From Candidatus Omnitrophota bacterium (GTDB taxonomy: Bacteria > Omnitrophota > Gorgyraeia > B26-G9), in contig JACQZH010000041.1 of NCBI GenBank assembly GCA_016213925.1, positions 73,352 to 137,351 of the forward strand: a DNA stretch of 64,000 nt. The letters run 5' to 3'. Under the pieces are notes generated by a model. The model was not told the DNA's origin. It made no database searches and saw only the letters and a program-made list of their open reading frames with translations. Both the position numbers and the translations under genes were made by a program. Of this stretch, positions 39,008 to 49,059 are shown one piece after another (the stretch's first letter is position 1; the number at the start of each line of letters is the position of its first letter).

Positions 39008-39846
39008 TTTTGAAGTTTAATTTTAGATATACATGGGAAATAGATTTTTTGCTTATGAATAATATATTAACAATTGATTTAGAGGATTGGTATCAGACCC
39101 AGGCTTTGCGGTCAAGAATAAAAGTAACAGACTGGGATAAGAAAGATGATAGATTACCATTGCTTACCTTAGAGATTTTGCGTGTTTTAAGAAGCGCTCA
39201 GGTAAAAGCAACTTTTTTTGTCGTTGCATATAATGCTAAACGTAATCTCTCGTTGCTTAAAATGATTTTAAAAGATGGCCATGAATTAGGGTTGCACGGA
39301 TATTACCATACGTTAGTTTACAAACAGACACCGGAAGAATTTAGAAAGGAAATGAAATATTCAAAGGAATTAATTGAGGATGCTTGCCAAACAAGAGTGA
39401 TCGGATTTAGGGCGCCTAATTGGTCTATAAATAGGAATAATTTATGGGCATTGGAAATCTTGTCTGAACTTGGATTTTTATATGATTCTAGTTTGATGGT
39501 AAAGTTGCTGACTAAGCATATAAGAAATATACCAATTGATATGCTGGAGATCCCTAGGTCGACATTTAGCTTGTTAAATTTTGAAATTCCTTTTGGTGGA
39601 GGAGTTTTTTTTAGGGCATATCCTTATTTTATAACAAAGCGCTTTATATCTGATGCGAATAGAAATGGCAAGAAGGTTATGGTATATATTCATCCATGGG
39701 AATTTGATTTAGATCAACATTCGGATTATTCTTTTGGTATTAGAAAAGTGATAAATAATTTTAATCGTTCTAAAATGGATTTAAGGTTTAAGTCTTTGTT
39801 GGCAGATTTTAAATTTAGCTCAGTTAGAGATATTTTTTTTGATTAG
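39004..39846 (+). CDS. Polysaccharide deacetylase (NodB/DUF3473 type)
   Basis: TIDLEDWY, HELGLHGYYH, GFRAPNWSI, YDSS, GGGVFFR, YIHPWEFD. Alternative start at ATG 39055. Confidence 0.93.
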   Translation: MILKFNFRYTWEIDFLLMNNILTIDLEDWYQTQALRSRIKVTDWDKKDDRLPLLTLEILRVLRSAQVKATFFVVAYNAKRNLSLLKMILKDGHELGLHGYYHTLVYKQTPEEFRKEMKYSKELIEDACQTRVIGFRAPNWSINRNNLWALEILSELGFLYDSSLMVKLLTKHIRNIPIDMLEIPRSTFSLLNFEIPFGGGVFFRAYPYFITKRFISDANRNGKKVMVYIHPWEFDLDQHSDYSFGIRKVINNFNRSKMDLRFKSLLADFKFSSVRDIFFD

Positions 39847-39861
39847 GAAGGTAAGACTAAA

Positions 39862-40563
39862 ATGAAAGCTGACATAGCAATAATAATACCGGTTTTTAAC
39901 GAGGTAGAAACAATAAGGGAAGTTGTTTTAGATATAATAAAGAATTATAAAGGCGTAGAAATAATTGTTGTTAATGATGGGTCTACTGATGGTTCTCTCG
40001 ATAGAATTAAAGATATTGATGTTAAAGTGCTGAACAGTAAAAAAAATAGAGGGTATGGTGCAGCCTTAAAAACAGGGATCAGTTATACAGATAAAGAGCT
40101 TATTGTAACTATTGATGCTGACGGAGAACATTCAGTTAAGCATATAGAACGGCTAATATCCGAAGCTGATTGCTGCGATATGGTAGTTGGGGCTAGGGCT
40201 GCTGAATCAGTATCCACTTTTCCTTTATTGCAGAAAATAGCTAAAGGAATAGTGTATGCTTTATTTTTGTCGATTTTGAAGGTGAAAATTTTAGATGTTA
40301 ATTCTGGGTTAAGGTTAATTAAAAAAACTATTATAGAAAAATATTTCGATTTACTTCCTGATGGGTTTTCATTTACTTCAACTCTTACTTTAACTATGGT
40401 TTTAGAAAAAAAGAAAGTGAAGTATGTCCCGGTAACTGATTTTAAAAGAAGACGCGGTTCAAAGGTGCATATATTTTCTTACACAATGAATTTCATTAAG
40501 TCTTATTGCAAGGTTTTGTTTTACTTTAAACTAAAAAAAGGAGTTTTTAGCAAAATAGCTTAA
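39862..40563 (+). CDS. Glycosyltransferase family 2 (DPM1-like)
   Basis: PVFNE, NDGSTD, NRGYGAALKTG, DADGEH, NSGLR. Confidence 0.93.
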   Translation: MKADIAIIIPVFNEVETIREVVLDIIKNYKGVEIIVVNDGSTDGSLDRIKDIDVKVLNSKKNRGYGAALKTGISYTDKELIVTIDADGEHSVKHIERLISEADCCDMVVGARAAESVSTFPLLQKIAKGIVYALFLSILKVKILDVNSGLRLIKKTIIEKYFDLLPDGFSFTSTLTLTMVLEKKKVKYVPVTDFKRRRGSKVHIFSYTMNFIKSYCKVLFYFKLKKGVFSKIA

Positions 40564-40588
40564 TTTATTTAAGAAAAGGGAAGATTAA

Positions 40589-41488
40589 ATGAGTTTTTTA
40601 TTGTTCGGGTTAAAAAGAAAAAAAATTCGTTCTTTAGCTAAAAAGTTAATACGTTCCAGTATAGGGACAATAGATGGCAAAGCAGGCAATTATAAGGTAA
40701 TAGAGCTATTGCATAGAGGTTTAATTTTGTCTAACGCATATAAAAAAGATGACCTATTCTCTAGCATACAAATACAAACAAAAACCGGATGTAATTATAG
40801 CTGTAGATTTTGTCCGGCTAATAAAGATTTAGTAAACTTATATGGTGGGGAGTCTAATTATGCAAAGATGTCGATTGAGCTTTTTGAGGATATTATTTGC
40901 CAGTTATCTAAAATGAAATTTTCGGGGAGGATTTCTCCGTATCTTATGAACGAGCCTTTACTTGATGGGCGACTTCCAAGATTTGTCGCAATTACAAAAA
41001 ATAAGTGCCCGAATGCATTTATATTTATCCAGACAAATGGAAAATTACTTAATAAAAAGATGTTAGTGGAATTAGTTGATGCGGGCATTGATGAGATATA
41101 TGTAAACGATTATACGGAAAATGGTATTATTTTAAAACTTCTTATAAATATGGATATCCCAAGAAGGTATAGAGAAAGACTTACCCTGGAAAAAAGGTCA
41201 TTAGATGAGAAATTGACAAATCGAGCGGGTAATATTTTTGTTAGTAATAAAATATATAATGTTCCTTGTCTTAAACCTTTTAAACAAATGTTTATAACCT
41301 TCAATGGGATTGCAGTGCTTTGTTGTCAGGATTGGCAATTTTTACAACAAATGGGAGATGTTAAGAAAGGCTCTTTAATGAGTATTTGGAACAATCATGC
41401 CTATAAGATGATTAGAAATAATTTGGGAAAATCACAAAGGGCTTTTAATGTTCTTTGTAGCAGATGCGATAGCAGTGGATTGTGGTAA
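40589..41488 (+). CDS. Radical SAM/SPASM protein
   Basis: CNYSCRFC, MNEPLLD, TNG, NRAGN, C..PF...LCCQDW...CSRC. Confidence 0.92.
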   Translation: MSFLLFGLKRKKIRSLAKKLIRSSIGTIDGKAGNYKVIELLHRGLILSNAYKKDDLFSSIQIQTKTGCNYSCRFCPANKDLVNLYGGESNYAKMSIELFEDIICQLSKMKFSGRISPYLMNEPLLDGRLPRFVAITKNKCPNAFIFIQTNGKLLNKKMLVELVDAGIDEIYVNDYTENGIILKLLINMDIPRRYRERLTLEKRSLDEKLTNRAGNIFVSNKIYNVPCLKPFKQMFITFNGIAVLCCQDWQFLQQMGDVKKGSLMSIWNNHAYKMIRNNLGKSQRAFNVLCSRCDSSGLW

Positions 41489-41623
41489 AGAGCAGGTTTA
41501 TTCCGCAGTCATGTTTAATTTGGTGTCCTTTAATTTTTGTGGTAAAATAAGCAATAGGTTGAGTTAATGCTGCTATCGTGAGCAGAAATAGCATAAAGAA
41601 AATATCTTAATTTAATTATTTTA

Positions 41624-44098
41624 ATGGATAAAAATTACTTAGAAATTGATGATAGCCATTCCAACCTCAATGGCTTACCAGAGATAGCAATTATCGGACT
41701 TGGCAGGTGGGGTGGAGGGCCATTGTTAAACACATTAAAACAATTTCCTGTCACCATACATGCCGTAGCAAAGTCTAATTATAAAAACTGGAAGGAGAAA
41801 AAAGATACAAAAGAACTTCCTGAAAATATTTTGGTTTATAGCTCTGAAAAATACGACGAAGAAATTTTGAAAAACAAGAATATTAGGGCAGTAGTTATCT
41901 CCACTCAATTTAGTACTCATTTTGAATTATCTAAGCAGGCACTTTTATCAGGGAAAGATGTTTTTGTAGAAAAACCATTCACAAGGACATTTCGACAAGC
42001 GAAAGAATTGCTGGAGATTGCGGAAAAGAACGGTTGTATATTAACAATAGGTTATGAGTATAGGTATTCTTCTAATATAAGATGGCTTGGAGAGGTGATT
42101 AGACGGGATGAGTTGGGTAAAATTACCGAGATTGAACTCAACATGTTAAATCCGCTTGACAACAGGAAGTTGGATATGAGTTCTAATGTTTGCGAAGATT
42201 TAGCTTCGCATATGTTAAGCTTGCTACATTCACTGTTCGGGGAGCGAGATATATCTGAACTTAGAGTGGATACAGATATCCCCTGTGATATGGCAAAAAT
42301 TTCTTTTAAATATTGTAAGGGATATAACCAGGATATAAAAGTATGTATTAATGTAGATCGTAACTATAAGGGGAATAATAGAAATAGGACGATTATTTTA
42401 AAGACAACTAAGTTAGTTTTAATCTTGGACTATCAAAAAAGCGAGGTTGAAGTTCTCGATATAAATGGGAGTATTATAAGTGATCTAGCTAACGGTCTTT
42501 CCAGAGAATTATTGCAGGAAGTTGAAGATAAAAGTAACTTGGAATTAGAATTTGAAGATTTTTTACAAGCTGTAAAATCACGTCAAGCTGGTATAAATTC
42601 TGCTCAATCGCTTTTGTGTATATCTGAAACTATAGAGTGGATAAATGAATTAATGGTGTCTTGTCAGAATGGGTGGCAAGACAAAGAATTAAAGTGGATA
42701 TTAAGACATCGTCCGAATATAGTAGAAGAAGTATATCATAAACTTTTATATGAACCATGGTTATCTTTTTCCGTTATAGCTAGCCAACTTAACCTGAGTC
42801 TTAGTTCATTGCAAAAAATTTTGGAAAAGATATTAGAGGATCCTTTGTGGTGTGAAAAGGGAAAAGAAGAAATCAGGAACGGGAGATTCGCTACAGCGTC
42901 TTATTTTAGTAATACTGAAAGATTTGCCGATGTTGAAAGAATTTATAAGGTTATTAGAGGGGAAAAATATCTTTATCCCAAAAAGGTTGAATTCCATGTA
43001 GGTGTAGAATGTCCTGCTAATTGCGTTTTTTGCTATAGGAATATTAATGGGCAGAGACAGGCATATGAATTGGAGATTAAAGATGGTTTTAGTAAATTAA
43101 CTCCGGATGATTATGTGAGGTTACTCAAAGAGCTCGCTGATAATGGCACTTCGGAGATCTATGTTTCCGGAGGTTTGGAGCCATTGACTGATTTTGATAG
43201 CACAGGTACGATTATTAATTATGCGATTTCAAGAGGTTTGTTTGTTTTTTTATATTCAAATGCGATTCCTGATACATGGGATAAAGCTGTTCCGTTGATT
43301 TTAAAAACTAGCCAGGCTAGAATCAGTTTAGGCGCGGCAAACCATGAAACATATCACAAAGTTTATCGTGTTAGTAATGATCCTGCTCGGTCGAAAATGA
43401 TATTTTACAAAGTATTAGGCAGAGTGAAAAATTTAGTTAAGGAAAAGAGAAAACTTGGTTCTAAAACCCAAATAGGGATTCAAATCCTGCTTACTTTAAC
43501 TAATTTTCAAGAAATAATTCAGTTAGCAAAACTTTCAGATAGTATCGGAGTTGATTTTTTAGATATCCGTTCAGATTATATGGGTATTGTTCGTTTCAGC
43601 CATGAAGAGAAGGCAGAGCTTGCAAGACTTCTTTATTTAACAAAAGAAAAACAGGAAAAGGGAGAGTTTGGTAGTCTTAGGATATCCGTTCCGGATAATT
43701 TTAAACTAATCGGGGATAACGGTATTATAGGAACTTCAATATATGTTTTTCCTGAGGAGAATTATTCTAAACGCGGAATTTTCTTTTTTGAATTAACGAT
43801 AGATCCTTTTGGGATTGTATTCGGTACAACTACTTCAGCAAACCCAGGTATACGCAGAGATTGGGGGAAAAAACAAATTTTGGGAAAACTTGGACCGGGG
43901 GTGAATATTAGAAATATATTGGAGACGGCTATGGAAAGAGAATTTAAATTAGCTGCAAATACAACCAATGTATTTACTAAACAGATATTGCTTGAAATAA
44001 AACGAGTTGAGGACAATATTGCTTTAGCTATTCCGTTAGATTTAATTAAAAATCCGTTTGCTTCAAGTAAAACTGTAAGCAGGCTCATTAAACGTTAA
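41624..44098 (+). CDS. Gfo/Idh/MocA oxidoreductase fused to a DesII-like radical SAM domain
   Basis: N-terminal GLGRWG, VFVEKP and DLASH. C-terminal YP..VEFHVGVECPANCVFC, YVSGGLEPLT, LYSNA and DIRSDY. Confidence 0.85.
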   Translation: MDKNYLEIDDSHSNLNGLPEIAIIGLGRWGGGPLLNTLKQFPVTIHAVAKSNYKNWKEKKDTKELPENILVYSSEKYDEEILKNKNIRAVVISTQFSTHFELSKQALLSGKDVFVEKPFTRTFRQAKELLEIAEKNGCILTIGYEYRYSSNIRWLGEVIRRDELGKITEIELNMLNPLDNRKLDMSSNVCEDLASHMLSLLHSLFGERDISELRVDTDIPCDMAKISFKYCKGYNQDIKVCINVDRNYKGNNRNRTIILKTTKLVLILDYQKSEVEVLDINGSIISDLANGLSRELLQEVEDKSNLELEFEDFLQAVKSRQAGINSAQSLLCISETIEWINELMVSCQNGWQDKELKWILRHRPNIVEEVYHKLLYEPWLSFSVIASQLNLSLSSLQKILEKILEDPLWCEKGKEEIRNGRFATASYFSNTERFADVERIYKVIRGEKYLYPKKVEFHVGVECPANCVFCYRNINGQRQAYELEIKDGFSKLTPDDYVRLLKELADNGTSEIYVSGGLEPLTDFDSTGTIINYAISRGLFVFLYSNAIPDTWDKAVPLILKTSQARISLGAANHETYHKVYRVSNDPARSKMIFYKVLGRVKNLVKEKRKLGSKTQIGIQILLTLTNFQEIIQLAKLSDSIGVDFLDIRSDYMGIVRFSHEEKAELARLLYLTKEKQEKGEFGSLRISVPDNFKLIGDNGIIGTSIYVFPEENYSKRGIFFFELTIDPFGIVFGTTTSANPGIRRDWGKKQILGKLGPGVNIRNILETAMEREFKLAANTTNVFTKQILLEIKRVEDNIALAIPLDLIKNPFASSKTVSRLIKR

Positions 44099-44191
44099 GA
44101 TTTATGAGTTTCACAGAGTTCTGAAAAGATATGCGATTAACGTGACATCTTATGCAATAAAGTTCGCTTTGTAGCATTCGCCCTATTTCAA

Positions 44192-44220
44192 TTGACAAAG
44201 TTAAGTTAATTTGATAGTAT
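44192..44220 (+). promoter_or_regulatory. Sigma70-type promoter
   Basis: TTGACA(44192-44197)-17 bp-TAGTAT(44215-44220); AAGGAGG RBS at 44257-44263. Confidence 0.7.
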
Positions 44221-44269
44221 TCAAAAAAAGAAACATTATAGTAGCTTGCTATAAAAAAGGAGGATATAG

Positions 44270-44974
44270 ATGCAAAAAATGAAAGCTTTGTTAGTTTTTC
44301 CAGGGATATTATTTTTAGGATTGATTCTAAATGTACAATTGCCGGTTCTTTCTTTTGCCGAGGATTTAAATTACGATATGTATGAGTATAGACCGTTGAC
44401 TGTTGGTACTAGTTGGAATTATACTGCGAAAGGATTGATGTCTTTTGATGAAGTATTTGCTGAAAAGGTGGTGCGGGAAGAAGATTATAGTGGAGTGAAA
44501 GTTGTATTAGTTAGACATGGTTCAGGGTGGATTGATTATTTAGAAAAGACTGACGAGGGAATAAAAAGGTATAAACATGTTGGTCCAGATAGTGAGAGTT
44601 ATGGAGTTTATTATCCGCCGGCCATACAATATCCCAGATATATAAAAATTAATGATATCTATAGTAGAGAGAATATATTAAAGGATTTTTCGATTAAAGA
44701 TGATTCTTTAATTGGTGAAGTTAAGGAAGTTTTTACTTTTCAGCTTTTAGGAATAGAAGATGTTACAACCCCTGCAGGAAATTATAAAGATTGTTTAAAA
44801 ACACTATCTAAATGGAAGATTTATAATCAAAATGGAGAGCAAGTTAGAGATAAGGTATTGCTTACTTGGAGTGCAAAGGGTATCGGAAATGTAAAGGCAA
44901 TTTATTCTAAACACAGAAATGGCGAACTTGTTGACTTCTCCGAGGGGTATTTAACCAATTTTGATATTAAGTAA
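44270..44974 (+). CDS. Secreted hypothetical protein (related to 34650)
   Basis: Signal peptide ending SFA; PLTVGTSWNY, VTTPAGNYKDCLK, WSAKGIGNVK. Confidence 0.75.
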   Translation: MQKMKALLVFPGILFLGLILNVQLPVLSFAEDLNYDMYEYRPLTVGTSWNYTAKGLMSFDEVFAEKVVREEDYSGVKVVLVRHGSGWIDYLEKTDEGIKRYKHVGPDSESYGVYYPPAIQYPRYIKINDIYSRENILKDFSIKDDSLIGEVKEVFTFQLLGIEDVTTPAGNYKDCLKTLSKWKIYNQNGEQVRDKVLLTWSAKGIGNVKAIYSKHRNGELVDFSEGYLTNFDIK

Positions 44975-45063
44975 AATGAATGTAGATTTATAATTTTGCT
45001 GTAATATATAAATGCTTCGGCAATAAATAAAAAAATATAGTATTTCAGTTTTAGAAGGGTAAT

Positions 45064-46023
45064 GTGTGGAATTTCTATAAAAACCAGCATGGAAATTTCA
45101 AGCTTCGGATGATGGTTGTAGTGTATATAATTTTTCTTTTATTTTTAGAGTTAGGGTTGCGTCGCAGTGTTCCTTATAAAAATAGCCTTCCGGATATTAT
45201 TCAAGCTAGTGATGTTTCTGGGATGGAGTATGAATTGAAGCCTAACACAACCAGCATATTTGAAGGATGTGGTTTCCGTCTCAAACCGACACAAGTAGTG
45301 ATTAATTCCTATGGTATCCGTAATGATGAATTTAACCTGCGTAAACAAGCTAATAAATTTCGTATTTTAGCTGTTGGAGATTCGGTAGTATTTGGCTGGG
45401 GAGTTGAGAAAAAAGAAAGTTTTGTATATCTCCTGGAACAAATGTTAAATAATCGTTCTTCCTTGCATCGTTTTGAAGTGCTTAATTTTGGGGTTCCGGG
45501 TTATAATTTAACACAAGAAGTTGAATTAGTCGGTGCTAAGGGTATCATCTTGGAACCGGATTTAATAATTTTTTATATTACTGATAATGACTTGCGGGAA
45601 GCGATTGATTATAATAATATAAATCCAATACATCGATATTTACCAACTATAATAAAATCAACAGCGATTTACAATTTTTTATATACAAGATTAATTAGGA
45701 TAGTAGAGTTGTTTGCAAGAGATAAAAGCCATTCCGAAGGGGTGTTTAGTCAGGCAAAAGAGAAATTGCTTAGTTTGCCACAAAGTATCCGTGATAGGAT
45801 TATTTTTTTTGCTGAAAATGAAGGAATATTATCAGGCATGATAAGAGAAAACGGTTTTTTTATAACTGTGGCAGAAATAAACTTGTATAAAAATGATTTA
45901 GTTTTTAAGAATGATTGGCATCCGAATCAGGATGGCCATAGAGCTATTACATGTGAATTGTATGATACTGTAATGCATTTTTTTGAAGAAAATAAATTAG
46001 AAAATGCATATAATTTTTATTGA
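45064..46023 (+). CDS. Membrane-anchored SGNH/GDSL hydrolase
   Basis: INSYGIR, GDSVVFG, NFGVPGY, DND, DWHPN. Confidence 0.9.
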   Translation: MWNFYKNQHGNFKLRMMVVVYIIFLLFLELGLRRSVPYKNSLPDIIQASDVSGMEYELKPNTTSIFEGCGFRLKPTQVVINSYGIRNDEFNLRKQANKFRILAVGDSVVFGWGVEKKESFVYLLEQMLNNRSSLHRFEVLNFGVPGYNLTQEVELVGAKGIILEPDLIIFYITDNDLREAIDYNNINPIHRYLPTIIKSTAIYNFLYTRLIRIVELFARDKSHSEGVFSQAKEKLLSLPQSIRDRIIFFAENEGILSGMIRENGFFITVAEINLYKNDLVFKNDWHPNQDGHRAITCELYDTVMHFFEENKLENAYNFY

Positions 46024-47446
46024 AGACTTATTTAGTGAAGATCAGCTTCGCGGTGAACCGCTGAATATACTTCAGCTTTCAGCAATTTTAAAACAGGCCG
46101 GACATGTAGTAAGTCTTTTTGACTTACGTGAAGCTGCGCGTATAAGAGATGCAATAAAAAAAAGCGATAGAGTTATTCTCGCTTATTCATTGCGCACGGG
46201 ATTTCATGTTAGCAAAATTAGTTTTAATGCACGGATAAAGAAAGAATTTCCCTTTGTATTTTCTGTTGTGGGAGGTCACCATGCGACTTTTTCTCCGGAA
46301 TGCATTAATGAAGAGGGAATTGATGCCGTTTGTCTTGGTGAAGCAGACGAAGCCCTGTTGGAGTTATGTGATAAATATGAGACGCGACAGGATGTATTCA
46401 ACACACAGAATTTTTGGCTAAAAAAAAATGAACAAATAATTAAAAACAAGTTGAGGCCGCCAGTAGAAAATTTAGACATACTGCCGCTTTTTGATAGAGA
46501 ACTATTATATCAATATGGAATAAAGAAAGACCAGCCAATAAAAACCCATATTACTTCCCGGGGGTGCCCATTTAGCTGTACATACTGTTATGCGCCAGCT
46601 TGGAAAGCATTATATCCTGGTAATTTTAATTTCTTTCGTCAACAATCGCCACAGCGGGTTATTCAAGAGATCGAACATATTAAAAAACAAGCAGTCTTAA
46701 AATTTTTGATTTTTGAGGATGATATATTTACATACTCAAAAAAATGGTTGCGTGTATTTGGCGAACTATATAAAAAGCATGTAAAAATCCCATATTGGGT
46801 ATATACGCATGTTAAAGTAATTGATGCTGAAGTAGCAGATATATTGGCAGAAAGTAATTGCCGAATCGTAGGGATGGGGATAGAATCCGCATCTTTTCAT
46901 ATCAGGTCAAAAATTTTAAATCGGGATATGAGTAATGATGAGATTATCCAAGCATGTAATTTGCTAAAAAAGAAAAAAATAAAGATTTGTCTCGGCAATA
47001 TCATGGGTATCCCAGGAACACAATTATCCGATGATATCAATACATTACGTTTTAATATAATAATTAATCCTGATTTGCCAGTGGCCTCAATTCTTTATCC
47101 GTTCCCGGGGATGGATATCTTAAAATTAGTTAAGAAAAATGGGATTGGTTTAACAGATTTTAATCAGTATTCTTCCATGAGATATCCGAAAATGATTTTA
47201 AAATGCAAACAACATAAGAAAATTGAACGGCTTGTTAGCCTTTTTTATATTATTGTTAAAGTTCCTTTGCTGATGCCGTTTGTAGAACTGTTGTTGTTAG
47301 TTCCGAATAAATTTATTGGATATTTTATATCTAAAATACTAAAAGCTATAACGTTACAGAGGGTATTCAATTTTAAGTTTTCTGTAAAAGATTATTTTTG
47401 TTTTATTAGGCTGTTTATTCTTTTTCTAAAGAGGAAGGAAGTATGA
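46004..47446 (+). CDS. Cobalamin-dependent radical SAM protein
   Basis: GGHHAT, GEAD, SRGCPFSCTYC, GIES. Confidence 0.93.
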   Translation: MHIIFIEDLFSEDQLRGEPLNILQLSAILKQAGHVVSLFDLREAARIRDAIKKSDRVILAYSLRTGFHVSKISFNARIKKEFPFVFSVVGGHHATFSPECINEEGIDAVCLGEADEALLELCDKYETRQDVFNTQNFWLKKNEQIIKNKLRPPVENLDILPLFDRELLYQYGIKKDQPIKTHITSRGCPFSCTYCYAPAWKALYPGNFNFFRQQSPQRVIQEIEHIKKQAVLKFLIFEDDIFTYSKKWLRVFGELYKKHVKIPYWVYTHVKVIDAEVADILAESNCRIVGMGIESASFHIRSKILNRDMSNDEIIQACNLLKKKKIKICLGNIMGIPGTQLSDDINTLRFNIIINPDLPVASILYPFPGMDILKLVKKNGIGLTDFNQYSSMRYPKMILKCKQHKKIERLVSLFYIIVKVPLLMPFVELLLLVPNKFIGYFISKILKAITLQRVFNFKFSVKDYFCFIRLFILFLKRKEV

Positions 47447-49059
47447 CGCTAAAAATAAAAAATAAAATACAGCTTAAAAAGCCTTTGCCTGTAATTCTGT
47501 GGGTGCTAGCAATTAATTTTTTCGTACATAGATTTGAATTGTTAAATCAGTATTGCGTATATCCAGATGTCTGGCCTCACTTTATAATTTACGGATTAAA
47601 AGATAAAACATTATTCGCACAAGATGTTATTATGCAAAGTATCAGAGCTAATATTAATATAAGCGAAGCAATATTTCCTGTGAATAAACTTTTTCTCCCA
47701 GGGGCTCTTTTCTTTAGTTCTTATTTCAATTTAAATGCGATTTTAACTTTGCATTCAATTATATATTCATTGGTATTTGCTGTTTTTATCTATTACATTG
47801 GCTGTATATGGTTTCAAAATGGAAAAGCTCAGTTGTTTTCTCTATCAATAATGTTGTATTCTCTAACGATGGATACCTTTTTTGGCGGAGGGATTCGGGG
47901 AATAGGCATGCTTATTAGCGCGGGTATTTTACTGGCAATGCTAAAAGAGCAGTGGATAATGGTATGTATCTTGATGCCGGCCACGTATTTTTTTTATTTG
48001 CCGTTACTGCCTTTCATTTGCTGCTGTGCTTTTATTAATATTTTTGTTGAAATAAAAGCCGGGAAACCTTTTTATAAAGAAAAAATGAGCACTTTTTTTT
48101 TAATTGCAGGAATAATGGGGATAATACTTGCGAATAATAACCGAGTATTATTTACAAACTTACCGGAGGTATTTGTTTGGAAATCAAAAATTGGGCAAGC
48201 AGATCACAACCCGATTTTTTTATTTATAATGAATTATTTGCTTAATGCTCATGAGCATAGTAGGTTGTATGGGCCGATCACTTTATTTATCATAGCAGGT
48301 GTGGTAGGGTTATTTATCGCAAAAAAATTATGTTATAAGGACATATTGTTTGCTGAAAAGCAGTTTTTTTATGCGATGGTACTTTCTTTTTTATTTTGCA
48401 ATTTTATCGATGTTGGCGCGGCGTCGCGCCAGCTTATTTTTACGGTACCGGTAATTATTTCTGTTATTTTTTGCCGGTATTTGCTAACCAAACAGGTTGG
48501 TGCGTTTATCCTTCAGTATTTTTGCGTCTTTTTTTTGGTGATCAATCTTGTGCGTCCTGATATAACAAACGATTTGGTTAATGAAAAATCGAATAAGCTA
48601 TTATACGAACGTATATCCGGTTTGGATAGAAATGTATTAATATTATCTCATCCTCAGTACGCTTTACCGATTAGTTTTTTTACAAAACGCACTGTTTTCA
48701 ATAATTGGCGTCTTTTGAGATCAGGATGCATACGACCTTTTATTGAAAAACGTTTCTTTGAAGAGACTAAAAGAAGGATGGAACTCTCATTGCAGACGTT
48801 ATATGCAAATTCCGAAGACGCGATTAAGCAGTCTATACGAGAAAACGGCATAACTCATATAATGGTAGATACCTACTATTATTCTAATAATTACTTGGGA
48901 TTAGAAGCAGGCGGGGATGACCGCTTTAAAAAACATATAAATAATATACTAAAGCAGAAGAATCCGCAACATGTGTTTATGTTAGAGAAAATGGCCGTTA
49001 CACACGGGCAGGAGGTGTTGCCTGGTAAATATCTTATTGAAGCCAAGAGTTTATATTGA
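47443..49059 (+). CDS. Polytopic membrane protein, probable GT-C-like glycosyltransferase
   Basis: About 10 TM helices, first-loop D..PH, soluble C-terminal domain (GITHIMVD). Confidence 0.6.
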   Translation: MTLKIKNKIQLKKPLPVILWVLAINFFVHRFELLNQYCVYPDVWPHFIIYGLKDKTLFAQDVIMQSIRANINISEAIFPVNKLFLPGALFFSSYFNLNAILTLHSIIYSLVFAVFIYYIGCIWFQNGKAQLFSLSIMLYSLTMDTFFGGGIRGIGMLISAGILLAMLKEQWIMVCILMPATYFFYLPLLPFICCCAFINIFVEIKAGKPFYKEKMSTFFLIAGIMGIILANNNRVLFTNLPEVFVWKSKIGQADHNPIFLFIMNYLLNAHEHSRLYGPITLFIIAGVVGLFIAKKLCYKDILFAEKQFFYAMVLSFLFCNFIDVGAASRQLIFTVPVIISVIFCRYLLTKQVGAFILQYFCVFFLVINLVRPDITNDLVNEKSNKLLYERISGLDRNVLILSHPQYALPISFFTKRTVFNNWRLLRSGCIRPFIEKRFFEETKRRMELSLQTLYANSEDAIKQSIRENGITHIMVDTYYYSNNYLGLEAGGDDRFKKHINNILKQKNPQHVFMLEKMAVTHGQEVLPGKYLIEAKSLY

